The notes beneath the pieces are model-generated. The model made no database searches, was not told where the DNA came from, and was given only the letters and a program-made list of their open reading frames with translations. DNA of 64,000 nucleotides from assembly GCF_037042905.1 (NCBI RefSeq), contig NC_087260.1:18106001-18170000 (forward strand), read 5' to 3'. Positions 45,793 to 58,900 of the stretch are shown here, piece by piece. The number at the start of each line of letters is the position of its first letter. Position 1 is the first letter of the stretch. The position numbers were made by a program, and so were the translations under genes. This DNA is from Lytechinus pictus. Taxonomy: Eukaryota.

Positions 45793-48700
45793 CCCCTGCA
45801 TCCCATGACCCTTGAACCCTTAAGATGACCTCCCCCTGGATCCCATGACCTTTGAACCCGTAAGATGACCTCTGAAACTGGGTGACCTTCAATCCCAAAG
45901 AAGTCGACCGATCACTGGACTGGCTCCATGTGAATGAGTGTTGGAACTTGGTTAGGGGAGCATTTCATGAAACAAATTGCCTGCGATTTTCACTGGCTTT
46001 CGTTATAAGCTACTGCAAATCCTTGCATCCGATTGGCTGAGAGCAAGTTAGTAGGCGGAAATCAAATGAAAGGCTCCTCCCATTTACCTAGGGTGCATTC
46101 AAGAATTTTTTTTGTTAAAGTTCAAATCAATATGCCTATATGATTACTGCAAGAAAACATTCAAGCATTCTATGAGTTCGAACAGGATAACAAATATTTT
46201 ACGGTGTTAAAACGTATGAACTGATTTATCTAGCCGGTGGTTCAACGAAGAAGTCGACTGTACAAATAAGCATTCTTGTTCTGCATTGGGAACATAAATA
46301 TGGGTCTTCATACAAGACTATATCCATTAAAACCAGCTTGATTTGACCTAATTTGTGTTTTATCTCTATTTATTTTCTACCTACTTGTATCTAAGATACC
46401 TTACAACATTGTGTGTGAACAAGCTCGAAAATTAATGCAGTAAATGTAGCATATTTTTTTTGCCGACAAACCTTGAACTCATGGATCTGCATTTTACTGA
46501 TATCACCCATGTCTGTATTTCTCATAATTTCCTAAAGGTTCCTATGACTTCATACGTTTGATTATTTGTAAAGAAATATGATTTATATGTAGCTGTTTGG
46601 GATTCTGTTTTACTGTATGTACATTGACTCTGGTACTCGGCAAAGACTTCTCCTGAGAGAACCGGTTACACAAAACTGATTGTACAATTATGATTGATTG
46701 TGCATTGTGGTCAATGTAATACGTCATAAAGATTATTTCTATGATCAGTTGCTAGGGTTTGTGTTAACAGACTTCTTGATATGGCATTGAGGTTATGAAC
46801 TTGAGCGTGAGAAGCTTGATAAGGGGTCATTGGAATATGCCAGGTACATGAAAATGGCATGCACAAATATATTGTCATGCTTTTCACGTACAAATATCCC
46901 CATTTTATGTCATCTCGTTGTAGCCTACTGTTCTAAATATTTAGGTAAACTATTTATTCATTTTGTAGCTTATATAGTAAAGAGTAATATATCTTTGTAG
47001 AGTGATTTCTTTTTATTCATCTGGGTGCTAAATGATTTTATTTGGCAATATCTGAATATATCGGGCTTTAACACAGGTATTGTAAAGAGACAATACATGG
47101 AGCTTTCAAATAAGCAAATTATGAATGTGTTGTCTGGTGACTTCTACATGTACTTCTACCGAAAAAATATGTCTAATTGGGAAAGAACGTTTACATGAAA
47201 GTGACACACACAAAAATAATGGTAATGGTTGTTATCCAAAGGAATCTCAACTCGAGTAGTATTGAAATTGAATGTATGTTGGCATTAGTGTATACATATA
47301 TATTTCAATTTTTGGATAGCCATCATTTACCAAAATGTACATGTTAATTTTGACATTAATTTACCACTTACATACCTGGTACATGTACAAAAAGGTGATT
47401 GAGTTTGCGATATTTGGTGCAATTACGAAACATGATCATAAAGACTTTTATTGCGGATGTATGCGTAAATGAAGATGATATTAAGAAAGGGGCCAATATT
47501 GTGTGATTCAAAAATGGAAACAAAAATAATTTAACAGTGTTCTTTCATTTAGAGTTCAAAATTCTGAGTTTTTGTGCTACATGTATGTGATTGTAAGAAT
47601 TTCTATAATTTCGATTAGGTATCAAATAGAATGGACTCAATACATTTATTTACATTCCATTAATTTTTTGTGAGGATGACTATTAAATATTACTGAAGGA
47701 GGATGGGAAGCAAACATACTGTGTTTTATGTTGCATTTGATAATATAGTTGTGTTTAAAAGCATTTCAAAGAACATGAGATGTTTGCATATACATGCATG
47801 CAGACATGTATATGTTTTCAAAGTGTAGTCTGCATTTCAAACTGCAAAGAAATTCCCAATAAATATTTGTAGTACAGATACATTCGTGTACTATAGGATC
47901 ATATGAAGAATATGATTACACTGTAACCTTGGCAACGTGGGTATAAGGTGAATATTCCATTTTCGTTATGTACCGTCTGCCAGTGTAGGGAGGAAAAAGT
48001 AATAAATAATGACTGAAATATCGTGGATCATTAATTTTCAGTTTTATTTGTTTTTCGACATACCAAGTCATATATTTCATATGACGTCAAATTTGCACTG
48101 CTATCATTAGTCTAAATAACATGTTTGAATCATATTGATGTGCCGCATCCATGTATTTGTTAAAATAGTAACTTCTGTCACAAGTACGCTGTACTGTACA
48201 GATAATTAAAAGTTTTATTTTGAAATTGATAGACAAATCACTGTGGGTGATCAGTTTGAGCAACTCAAAGTTTTATTAATCGTTTTCTATATATATATAT
48301 ATATGTTATACAGACTTGGTCGTTATAGGATTTCTTTTTAAGCAGATAACATTATAAATGTAGTCTTTTTTGTATAAAATATGAATAATTAAGAATCTTT
48401 AGAACCTGTATGATATAAAATACCATCACATCGGAGGCATGATGATTATAGATGACATTTCCGATAAATCTCGTAAAAAAGATGGTGACCAGAACTTGTT
48501 TTGACTATGTAAATAAATCATATTTTCCTTCCACCATGCTCCTCTGCAAGTTTAACTTAACAAGTGGTGGTAGATAACGCTGAGAAATAGAGTACATGTA
48601 CGTTGTTTTTCTTCTGGTGGGTGTTTGTGTATTTGTGAATTATTAAGTGTACAGTTATGACAATATGCCAAAAGATATGTTTATTTTTTTGAAGAGTGAA

Positions 48701-51090
48701 TGAGATTGTTGTGGTGGATTTGTGTGTACTAAGCCTTGACAATATGCACTAGTAGAACAGGTTTGGGAGAAGAGGTTCTATGACAAAATTTTGAAAACCA
48801 AATAAATATCTGATTTATGAGTAGCGCCATTAGTTTTTAGCTTCAGTTTACAAGGTAAAAAATAACGAGTTTCATATTAATATATGTACAGATATACAAG
48901 AGAATCGGTATGTCTCTGCATAAGGTCTGAAAGAGTTAGGCCATTCAGTAAAAGATGTTAATTGTAGCCTTATTTGACCAGTTTTCTTCTTCAAATTGGC
49001 AGTATTTTTTTCAACAACAAATTCATTTTCCGAAATAAAACTCGATCTGTCAAATATAATATTCATGGAATTAAAATGGACCAGTTTGCTAAGAATATAC
49101 TTATTTGTTTAATGTATTTGTTACAATTCGGGAGATCTGGAGTCTGCAGGAAAAAAATGTTGCCAATTTGTAATGAACATGTGACAGAATTCTGTTGGTT
49201 TAAGGTTAAATACAATATATTGTCAAATGCCAACCCATGCCAATGCAGACATGGTCAGAAATCCTATTATAAAAGCATTCAATGTTTATAGAATACCGTT
49301 TGAAATGGTAAAGTGATGCTATTAATATGAATATTGAAATGGGAATCTTTCCACCTTAATTAATATTAAAAAAATCCTTTATCATATTTTTGCTTTATGA
49401 TTTCAGAATCTGTTTAGGTCCCTTTGCAAATTGGTAGTTTTAATATACATGTATAAAGGATGACCTTTATTTTCTTTTCCTACAAGGTTATGTGTGAAAA
49501 CATATAGCCATTTTAGTTTGAATAATTAAATCTAACTTGTGTTACCGTATTGTAGATTTATACTTAATTCTTTTATATATATTATATATATTTGAGTCTG
49601 CATGGGACAAATGATTGCAACAGTCAAAGCAAACTCTCGGAACAGATTATGCAAAAAAAAAATTACTACCCATTTTTGGATTACATAGAGTTAATCAAAA
49701 TCCCACAAGCATTTCTAAATTAAAAAATAGCAGTTCAGGGGCTTTCTTTTTAGATTTTTGTTTCAATTAATATAAAATGATATTCAAATATTTGTTAAAT
49801 TTATCAAATGCAACCCCATAGGTAATGATATCTTCTACCATCACGCTATCATGTGATCAGTTTTGGAGATGTGCTTGTTTCTCTTCAGTTGATTATATTT
49901 TTGCAGCTGCATACATCGCTATTGTTTATATTTATATATCGTCATAACAGATCAACTATAAAAATTAAGACCATTTTAGCATTTTATTCCTTGTCAATTA
50001 GATTAGGATGATTTAATCCAGTAATGCATAAAAGTTAAAATGGATGAAACAACAGCCATTTTTTTTCAAGTCAGCAAGTGTTATTTATTCAATCCCAAAC
50101 TTTCTGACTTAATTTTTTTCTGTGTACAAATTTACTGGATGACTTAAGAGATACCATGGTAACAGACGAGACTGAAGGCAGCAGAAGATTGTACTAATTC
50201 ATATTCATGAAATATTGATCATGGATCGGAATAAACGCAACATAGATCAGAAAACAGTACATTAAATGAGTTACTTTTGTATAACTCCCCTTTGCTACTG
50301 CTATGAATAATATTTGGGTATTATTCTAAAATGAATATCTGACTGTATTATTTGGATAATGTTATTAAACGAGTATTATGAGACTGAATGTTATGATTAT
50401 GTAATATATTATTGGTAGAGGACCCAGCTCTCGCACATGCATATTTTTTAACCATTGACGATGTTTGTTTGATGAATATTCTGTAGTGATAGCGAAATGA
50501 AGGTGAATACTATCTATTCTGCCGTACTTTGGCAAAAGGAAGCATGTTACAAAAGTATAATTTTGTTGTAAATGAGCAATGTGTGTTTGCCATTTGCATT
50601 GGCGTCAATGCAAATTAACAGCATATTTTCTTCAATATCTATCCATAGAATGATAATTTCTTCCCCAAATTTCGCCTGAACGTGCACCATACAAAGGGTG
50701 TTTCAGAAACAACAATAACTCAAATTTGACTGATGTGTGACTTGCTTCCTTTTGCCAAAATTAGGCAGTATTATTACCAATAAGACAAATAAAATCGAGG
50801 CATGTCATACTAAGCCATGTCATAAATCTATGACATCTTGAGTTTTTGTCGCTTAATTTTGTTCTGCTATCTTCATTTCGTACATGCCAACACTGATGAA
50901 TGAAAGAGGATGGGGGGAGTGACGATCTGACTGGGACTGGGTAATGTCGAGCCAGGCTGTCTGATTTATTTCGTAAAAAGTAAAATTTTATTGTCCCCAG
51001 CGTGTGTGCACATGACCATTCTCCCTTTGACACATTCCCCTTTATATGAATACATGTATGTATATGCCAACTGAATAAATAAACTTATAT
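45793..51090 (+). other. Probable long 3' UTR of the DOCK gene; 3' end uncertain
   Basis: repeat-poor AT-rich stretch after the stop; several AATAAA, including overlapping AATAAATAAA at 51074-51083. Confidence 0.35.
45800..45873 (+). repeat. 40-bp tandem duplication just after the DOCK stop codon
   Basis: ATCCCATGACCYTTGAACCCKTAAGATGACCTC at 45800 and 45840. Confidence 0.85.
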
Positions 51091-51737
51091 GCACTCTAGC
51101 TGATGTACATGTATCAGCTCACAACTAGCAGGAGCTGCAGAAATGGCCGGAGTCTTTAGGAAAATCTTAAACAGAATGATTAATGGATTCAATTTATTTT
51201 TTAGTATTAGCCAAGAACATATTGAAAAAAAAAACACATTTGTATCTATTATGATATAATTTTCTGAATATTATCTCAAAATATATCACAAGTTGGATTT
51301 TTGTAATAAAAATGCCAAAATCTTTGCTCGCTTGCAACTTCTATGATATTTGCCCGATACGCAATATCTTGCTCCCTCCAAATTGTTGGTTCATTACACC
51401 ACTGAGTGGCTCAAATTATCACAAAAACCCCAACTAACCATCCAAGCACACTTGTGGAGGGTGGGGCAGTCTTTTAGTAATTTTTACAGTAGCTCCAGTG
51501 GTGTACAGATGGAGGACCTAACCCCCCCCCCCAATTTTTTTTAATACCAACCAAAAAAAAGAGAAAAGGAAAGAAAGAAGGGTGAAGTATAATATCATTC
51601 TCTGAATATTATCTCAAAATCTATCAAAAAATTTGATTTTTCTAATAAAAATGTCAAATTTTTTTACGCGCTCGCAACTGATATTTGGCCGATACGCCAC
51701 ACTTTGCCCCCCCCCCCCCAGAATTTTTGGATCATTA

Positions 51738-52426
51738 CACCAACTTAAATTGAACAACGCAAAATATTGCATTTAGCCTAAAACCCGTGACTAAACAATC
51801 AGAATATGCAAAATAATTTGTGATTATATTCTACCTTTTCTATGTTCCTCCATATAAATAAAATTCAAAATCAATTGATTGTATAATCCACTTATATATA
51901 ATCCTGGAGCTGTAAGAAAAGATGGATAGTACGAAATAATTTTTCCATACAGTGTAGTTATCATTTATTGAGATTGATTTCCATGGCACCAAATTAACGC
52001 ATGCGCTTTTCCATCTCGCATTACTTCCTTTTGTGACGCAACAATATCCTTCATTGCGCGAATGATCATTGACGTCACGATGCCTGGTCTATCTCTTTCT
52101 CGCGCAATGACAAGTTTGTATTGTTGCGTCACAAAATGAAGTCATGAGAGATGAAAAAGCACATGCGTTAATATCTGGTGCTATGGAAATCTGAATCATA
52201 AATGCAGTAGAGCTCATATCGTACTACCCATCTTTTCTTACAGCTCCAGGATTACATAATTATACAATTAATGGATTTTTGAATTTTATTTATAAGGAGG
52301 AACACACAAAAGGTAGGATATCATCACAAATTATTTTGCATATTCTGATTGTTCAGAATTTTATATATAGCCATTACTTTTAAGCTTAAAATGAATTATT
52401 ATTGCGTTGTTCAATTTCGGTTAGTG
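51738..52426. repeat. ~690-bp imperfect inverted repeat (foldback element)
   Basis: arms pair throughout, e.g. AATCCTGGAGCTGTAAGAAAAGATGG (~51900) with CCATCTTTTCTTACAGCTCCAGGATT (~52228); loop ~52062-52099. Confidence 0.9.
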
Positions 52427-54275
52427 TTTCACTGTGAAAATAATGAGCTACTCAGTAATAATACAATTAATACTTATCCAATTTTATTTCTTCGATCCTT
52501 TCTTTTCTGATATTAACACCTATCTTCTGTTTAAATCATTCGCTGGCCTCCTCATTTTTGTTTTAAATTCCGGAGTTTCCTGTGGAAATTAAGTCTGCTT
52601 GTTCTGTCTCTTGCACCAGGACTTCCTCATATCCTTCCCAGTGCTCCTCTCGATAGTACCTCCATTTCAAATCCACTGCAATTAAACCACAGTAAACGTG
52701 AGTTCATGCATGAGGGAAAATTTCATCATTATTTTTGTCACACCGTAAGTTGTAGATCTGACAAGTTTCCTTGGTTTTGATTGGCTGAGAGGCAATGTTA
52801 CAGTAGCAAATATCCTTTGATGGGGTGTGGCGGGCATTTTCCAAAACTTTCCGAGCCGACTGCATGAGGCGAATCTTAAATAAATTTACCACCAGACAAT
52901 CAGGCTCTAGATGTCGAAGAAAATACCACAAACAAACACACACGGCACCCACCCTCACATCCCCCCTGCTCACATTATTTTGGTCCTCGATCCCTCCTAA
53001 CACCGCCAGGGAGAATAGGCGTCATGCAGTATCATCTTTTTTGTTATTACATTTTAATATGCATATTTTTTTTCTATTGCAAGGTCTTCATCGTTAACAT
53101 TACTTCGCATTAACTCAATCGAATCTACAAAAAATGAAGAAAAAAATCAATATTGTTTTCATAAAGGCCCTTATAAAAACAAAAGAAATAGCGAGCATGC
53201 AGCATCACCGATTCTCTCATTGGCATATCACCCGTGCTGAGATGACAAAATAAAAAGAAAAAAAATCTGAAAAATGTTATGGAACATTAAAAAAAAAAAT
53301 CAGTATTTCACTGTATCTTTATTCCAAACTAAAGTACATAAATAGTTGGATATTACAGTAAAGATGTGTAATAAAATCATAGTAAGGCACACCCATTACA
53401 GTATGTACAAGGAATAAAAAATTAACAAAGCAATGTTACCAGACAGGTATAATTTTACAAATTCTATATACACTGCTATAACCATAGAGGGGGTGGGGGG
53501 TAAACAATTTTACTTTAAAAAAAATGCTGTGAGCTATAGCAGAGAATGAGAACATATACACGATATATATGATTTTTCTTTCCGTGCTATTAAACTTTCC
53601 ACGTTTATACAGCTTAAAATTTTAATCAAGTGGCATGGTTTTTTAGGAAGATGCCAGTATATTATATACCAACGAACGTAGAAGGTGTCAGCACTTTACA
53701 GAAACATTGTAATGTGTTCTTAAAAAGTAAATAAAAAATGAAAAAATATGACAATTGGATATTTATTGCGAAACCTTGATATTTCTGTGGAGTCATTCAT
53801 ATCAGTTGTGACTATGAATGGCGCCAGATGGGATTCAGCTTTGTTCCGAGTCAATCAATTCGGTACATGACTCGTAGAAATTATAGATGGGCAAAGTGGC
53901 AAATTAAACAAAAAGGTGAGTAGGATTAGACAGAACATGATTGCGGGATGAAACCAAATGGGAAGAAGACAGATAGGCATAGATCAATGGCCGATTTGCG
54001 GATCAAACACGCGGATCGTGTACCTGGATAGTATACACCGTCCTGTGATTTCATTGATTATGACGTCTCATTTTGGGTTGACTTGCCTCTTATCAAAATA
54101 CCCCGGATCGTATCATTCACAAACATCTATTAGCTTGGCGGATCCAGCTATCACCAATAGCGGGAGGGGAGGGGGCTTGCGGAATTTTCATCAAAGTTTC
54201 CCCGATCGGCTGCTAAAAGCTGTTTTTATCCCGTATAATTCCCATTACCATTACTGCACATTCTCTACAGTTTAC

Positions 54276-54451
54276 TATAAAAGGCCGTGTTGGTTGGGCG
54301 TAAGTTTTGGTTAAATTTGTATGGGCAGTCGTAAGGGCCAAAATTAAACGACCGGGTTAGCGGAGTACAAGCTTCAGTTTTATGACCGGCCCTTATGGCT
54401 GCCCATAGAAATTCACCCGAAACTTACACGCAACTGACACGGTCTTTTATA
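54276..54451. mobile_element. Hairpin MITE with ~65-bp imperfect TIRs
   Basis: ATAAAAGGCCGTGT...TATGGGCAGTCGTAAGGGCC versus GGCCCTTATGGCTGCCCATA...ACACGGTCTTTTAT. Confidence 0.75.
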
Positions 54452-55578
54452 ACGAGCATTTTCTACGATATTTCCACAAAATACACAACAAAATACCTTG
54501 TAATTAAACTAACAAAATACACATGTATTTTTTAAATCTTGTATTCAACATGCAACAGTAATAGAAAACATTAACCAACTGAACCAAAGAAGGTAAGCGA
54601 TGGTTAGCGTTATTCTGCTACTGCTTGTTATTAAGAACATGTTAAGAATGAATTTCAAGATTAGCAATTACCAAAATAGATGAACTATTTTAGAAATGAG
54701 ACTAAGAGAAAATACTGAGGAGAGACTAAATAATTTTAACGTTTATAAGGAAATTTTTCCAATAAACAAGTAAATATAATAAGACCGACTTACACTGTAA
54801 TTCCATGGCATCCGTGCCGGTTGCATAACATTATTTCGTCATCGTTTTTACGAACCCTCAGTGGGATAGAAAGAAACTTCTAGACGAAACTTTCATTTTC
54901 TTTATATAAAAGTACATGATCAAAATATAAGTTTTGACATCATGATAGTGCAATATAGGGATTGGATTAAGACTGAGAAAACTCTGAAATTGAGTGGTTC
55001 ACTCAGCAATGCCTACAGCTAAATATCCAATGAATTAAAAAAAACCATTGATTTTGGCTTCTTATTGGGACACTTATGTTATGATTTAAAACTAGTTAAA
55101 TCGAATGCGAATTTCATGTTTGTTTCATGCAGAAGATTTCAAGGTTGATATTTTAAATCTACGTTAAAGTTTAACTTCAGACATTAATAAAAAGCATGGG
55201 AAACTTATTCCGATTATCCAATAATTAGTTGATTAGTCGAATACATTCCTACTCAACCGCGCCAAAACTATTATTTTCTGTCTCGGTATCTGTCGATACA
55301 AATTAACGTTTTTCCGGCATGTCCAGTCTCCGTCAGCAACAAACGATTTCGTTCCTATAAAATCTCTTATTTTGCCTCCGTTTCGCCAGCTTCACTTTCT
55401 ATATATTTCAGGCACATCTCACATAATATAGTTCCCTCACGATCGATCTACCATTTCTTCTGTCTCTGTGTAGGCTTACATTTGGTCTCATTACCATTCT
55501 TATTACTGTTTATAAAGCGGTTCGGACCCGGGGGTTCGGAAATTGCTGTCCATGTGTTCAAAGCACCCGCGAGGTCGT

Positions 55579-55926
55579 TCAGTTACCGCGTTGGCGTTCG
55601 AGACGTTCTTGTCTGCGAGCACTGCGCGTTGCCTCGTCAACGTTCCGCCCGCGATGTTCATCCCGATTGACCATCCTCTCTTCCGTTTCTGACGTCATTG
55701 CACTCAGTGCGTTCTGCGAACGGATCATGATCCGGAAGGACTTGAGGCAGTAAGTATACTTGTGACCTTCCCACGTTCCCCAATTCACCACCGCACCGTT
55801 CAGTCCACGGGCGTCTGCCCGGGCGAGCCAGCGACCGTTGGGATTGGCCTTGTTGCAGCCGCGGAACCAGAAACCGGCTTGGCGGAGGAAGGCACAGTTG
55901 CCGATAGATAAATCGTGATCACGATC
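55579..55926 (-). CDS. FReD gene last coding exon (DRDHDLSIGNCA...ERQRGN*)
   Basis: tgacag acceptor; TGA at 55581-55579. Confidence 0.92.
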   Translation of the reverse strand, partial: DRDHDLSIGNCAFLRQAGFWFRGCNKANPNGRWLARADARGLNGAVVNWGTWEGHKYTYCLKSFRIMIRSQNALSAMTSETEERMVNRDEHRGRNVDEATRSARRQERLERQRGN

Positions 55927-58900
55927 CTGTCAAAGTATAAATGATAAACACATAAAACACATTAGGGTTAGGGAATTGCATTGGCTCTATAACTGTGATA
56001 TCTATCTCGTCTAATTTGGAATTGTAACGATGATCGCTGAATCGCTATTAAATTGTCTTTACTTCATTAAAAAAAAACCTGGGAACTTAACTATAATGGC
56101 CAGGGCATGATAAATAAAATATTTTATTAAATCGATAGGCTAGATGACTGGTTGGAAAATAAAAGAAGAGTATTTTACCATATAATAAATCTTTTGCACC
56201 AAACACGTAATAACTGGGGAGTATATCGTATGGAATATATTAGTAACAGGGGGTGTCGCAAGAAAATATTTGCAATCAATTGCAAATCATTTTGTTGCAA
56301 TTTCGATTTTTTTTTTTTACCATGTGAAAGGGCGGGTAGACAATTGCAATATTGGTGCTCGTTGTAGTATTACGCAATGCTTCATTCTTGACCATGAAAA
56401 AAGCGGGATAGACTTGTAAATGGAATTTCAAGTCTATTAAGAGGTTTACATGGTTATTAAACGGTTTAAAATCCTCTTAAACCTCTATTTTCTATACGCC
56501 AATTTCTGTATAGTAGCTAGTGCACTCGGACGATATAGGTATGGGATCCTTTGGACTTGTCGTGCAGTTCACAGGTGTAGCAGATGACTAATGTTCTACC
56601 GATAAGATTGCCGGTTCTTTGAGCGTATTTGGAAAATGGGGGGAAAATGTCACCCTGAATTGAAGTTTCTTCAATCACTTACAAGTTCCATCCAATCATT
56701 AAAATCGGTGAGTTGCAACTTATTATCATACTTCTAAGACATATCAATGTGATGATGTAAAATAGTTGGAAGAAAAAAATCAGTTAATCTCGAGTAAACA
56801 TGGCAAGGACGTCAGTGAAAGTCGCCATAACGGTGAATATAATTTTTAAAAATAAACTTTTGCAAGTGAATTTTGTTTTAAAAGGAAGATGCATTTTGTA
56901 TATGAAAACAGTGTGTTCTAGCTGTACCCATTACAACTAGGAAGTTTTTGCTCACGTATGGATGTCTCAAAAACGGGAAATGTATTGTCAAACGCCTATC
57001 ATGACAAAGAACAGCAAATAAATCTTTCACAAATGATACATTTACATTTTGTCATCAGCTATGAAACTAGGACGAAACTGCTGTTCCGGTTCACCAATTT
57101 TCGACAAAGACTTCTTATTTGTTGTTTTTTGTCAATGCATTTACTCTGTTTTAAAATCCTCCGGACGTTGATGAGCGGGAACCCTCTATTATCCTTTATC
57201 CATGCTATCAGGAACGGCAAAAGACAGTGCCCGCTCTGGAAATGGTGTACAATCGTCGGTACATTTTCACTTCATTCCACGTGTGATTTGTATCATTCGG
57301 CATAGAGAAAAAAAATGCAAACAGGGCATCATGTAATAAGCTTACCCTCGTAGAGAACTGCGTATTGTTATGATATGTCATGGCATCCCCGGCGTTGCCT
57401 CCCATGTACTGACCGAGGACCAACCGGAAGTTATCACTCGCATCATTGATCCGGAAGCTATTGTACTCTGCATAACCCATTTGATCATCCCAATCTGTGA
57501 ATTCTGTAAATGGGGTAAATGAGTGGGTCAAAGTGATAATAATATCTCTGCTCTTTGTCTTGAACGTAGTATGATTCGATTGTTTACTTGCATAAATATC
57601 ATTAATTTTAATGTTACACTACCAGGTGTCCTCAAGCCATTGAAACCCTTTGGCAACTGAATTCTTCAGACGCCTGTCATTGCAATAGGGGTGGGTCAAC
57701 CTTCACGTGATCAACACAAAAAGGGAGTAAATAGAGAATAGAGGGGCAAAGGAAGAAACGCGAGGAAGTTTATTGAAGGGAGAGAGAGAAAGTTTGGACA
57801 TAAAACTATCGTGGTTATCAGATATCCCCTATTTCTGATAAGAAAAGTGGCGTTACATTTATGTTCCCTTTCCGTTAGCACAGGTCTAATATTATTACTT
57901 TAACACACAAGTTCGGAATATCTTAAGTATGGAACTCCATCAGGATACGAGACACCATTGTGATAGTCCTTACCGAATCTAATCATGAATCTTGTTTGTG
58001 AGGTGATGGCGTATATCATGGTGTTTCCGATCCAGAAATCAGCATCCAGGTAACCAAAGCCTTTGGTGTAGTCATCCCAACCTCGGTAGAAGTTCGTAGT
58101 CCCATTCTACGACAAGGAACAAAGGTGATTTGGGAAAGCGATTGAAATGACTATGTACTAGTTTTTGTGGTTAGGTGACATTCTGGTTTATTTCCAATTC
58201 ATATAATGCCAATTCGTCCAATTGCCAACTCGTCTACTATCATTTGGTCTACTATCAGTTCGTCCACTCACCACATGGTCTACTTTTATTTAGTCTAATG
58301 CCATTCCGTCTAATAACCAGTTGGTCCAAAGCCATTTAGTCCATATACCATGTGGTCTAATTAAACTAAAGTGTTAATTGTGCAAAATGACTGAAAAGAA
58401 AATGGTAATAGACAAACTGGTGATTAGACGAAGTGATGATTGGACCAAATGGTTCTTAGACGAAATGTTGGTTGATGGATGGAATGGCATTAAACTAAAT
58501 GAAGGTAGACCATGTGGTGAGTGGACGAATTGGCAATTTACCGACATTCTACATTCTCTAGGCCTACAACAACAACAACGATTTCAAGAGCAACCAAAAG
58601 GGTCGATCCCCGATGGGGTAAACTAACCTGTCTGTTTTGTATGACGGTCCATCCGCCACCTTCTGTAGTCATGTCACAGAACAGCCTTATGTGTTTTCCT
58701 CGCCTGCCAGAACCCTCAAAGTTTTCTATGTAGTAAATGCCATCTTCTGTGTAGCCTTTCTTCCTGAGACACAGGCATCCGTCAAGGATACAGTTGTTCG
58801 GTTTCCCCTTGCCTTTGGGACGAGGGCGCTTTCCATCGACAGTTCCTCGTAGGGTTTTTAGATCCATTAGCTCTTTGAAAATCTGTGTCGGAAAGTCAGA

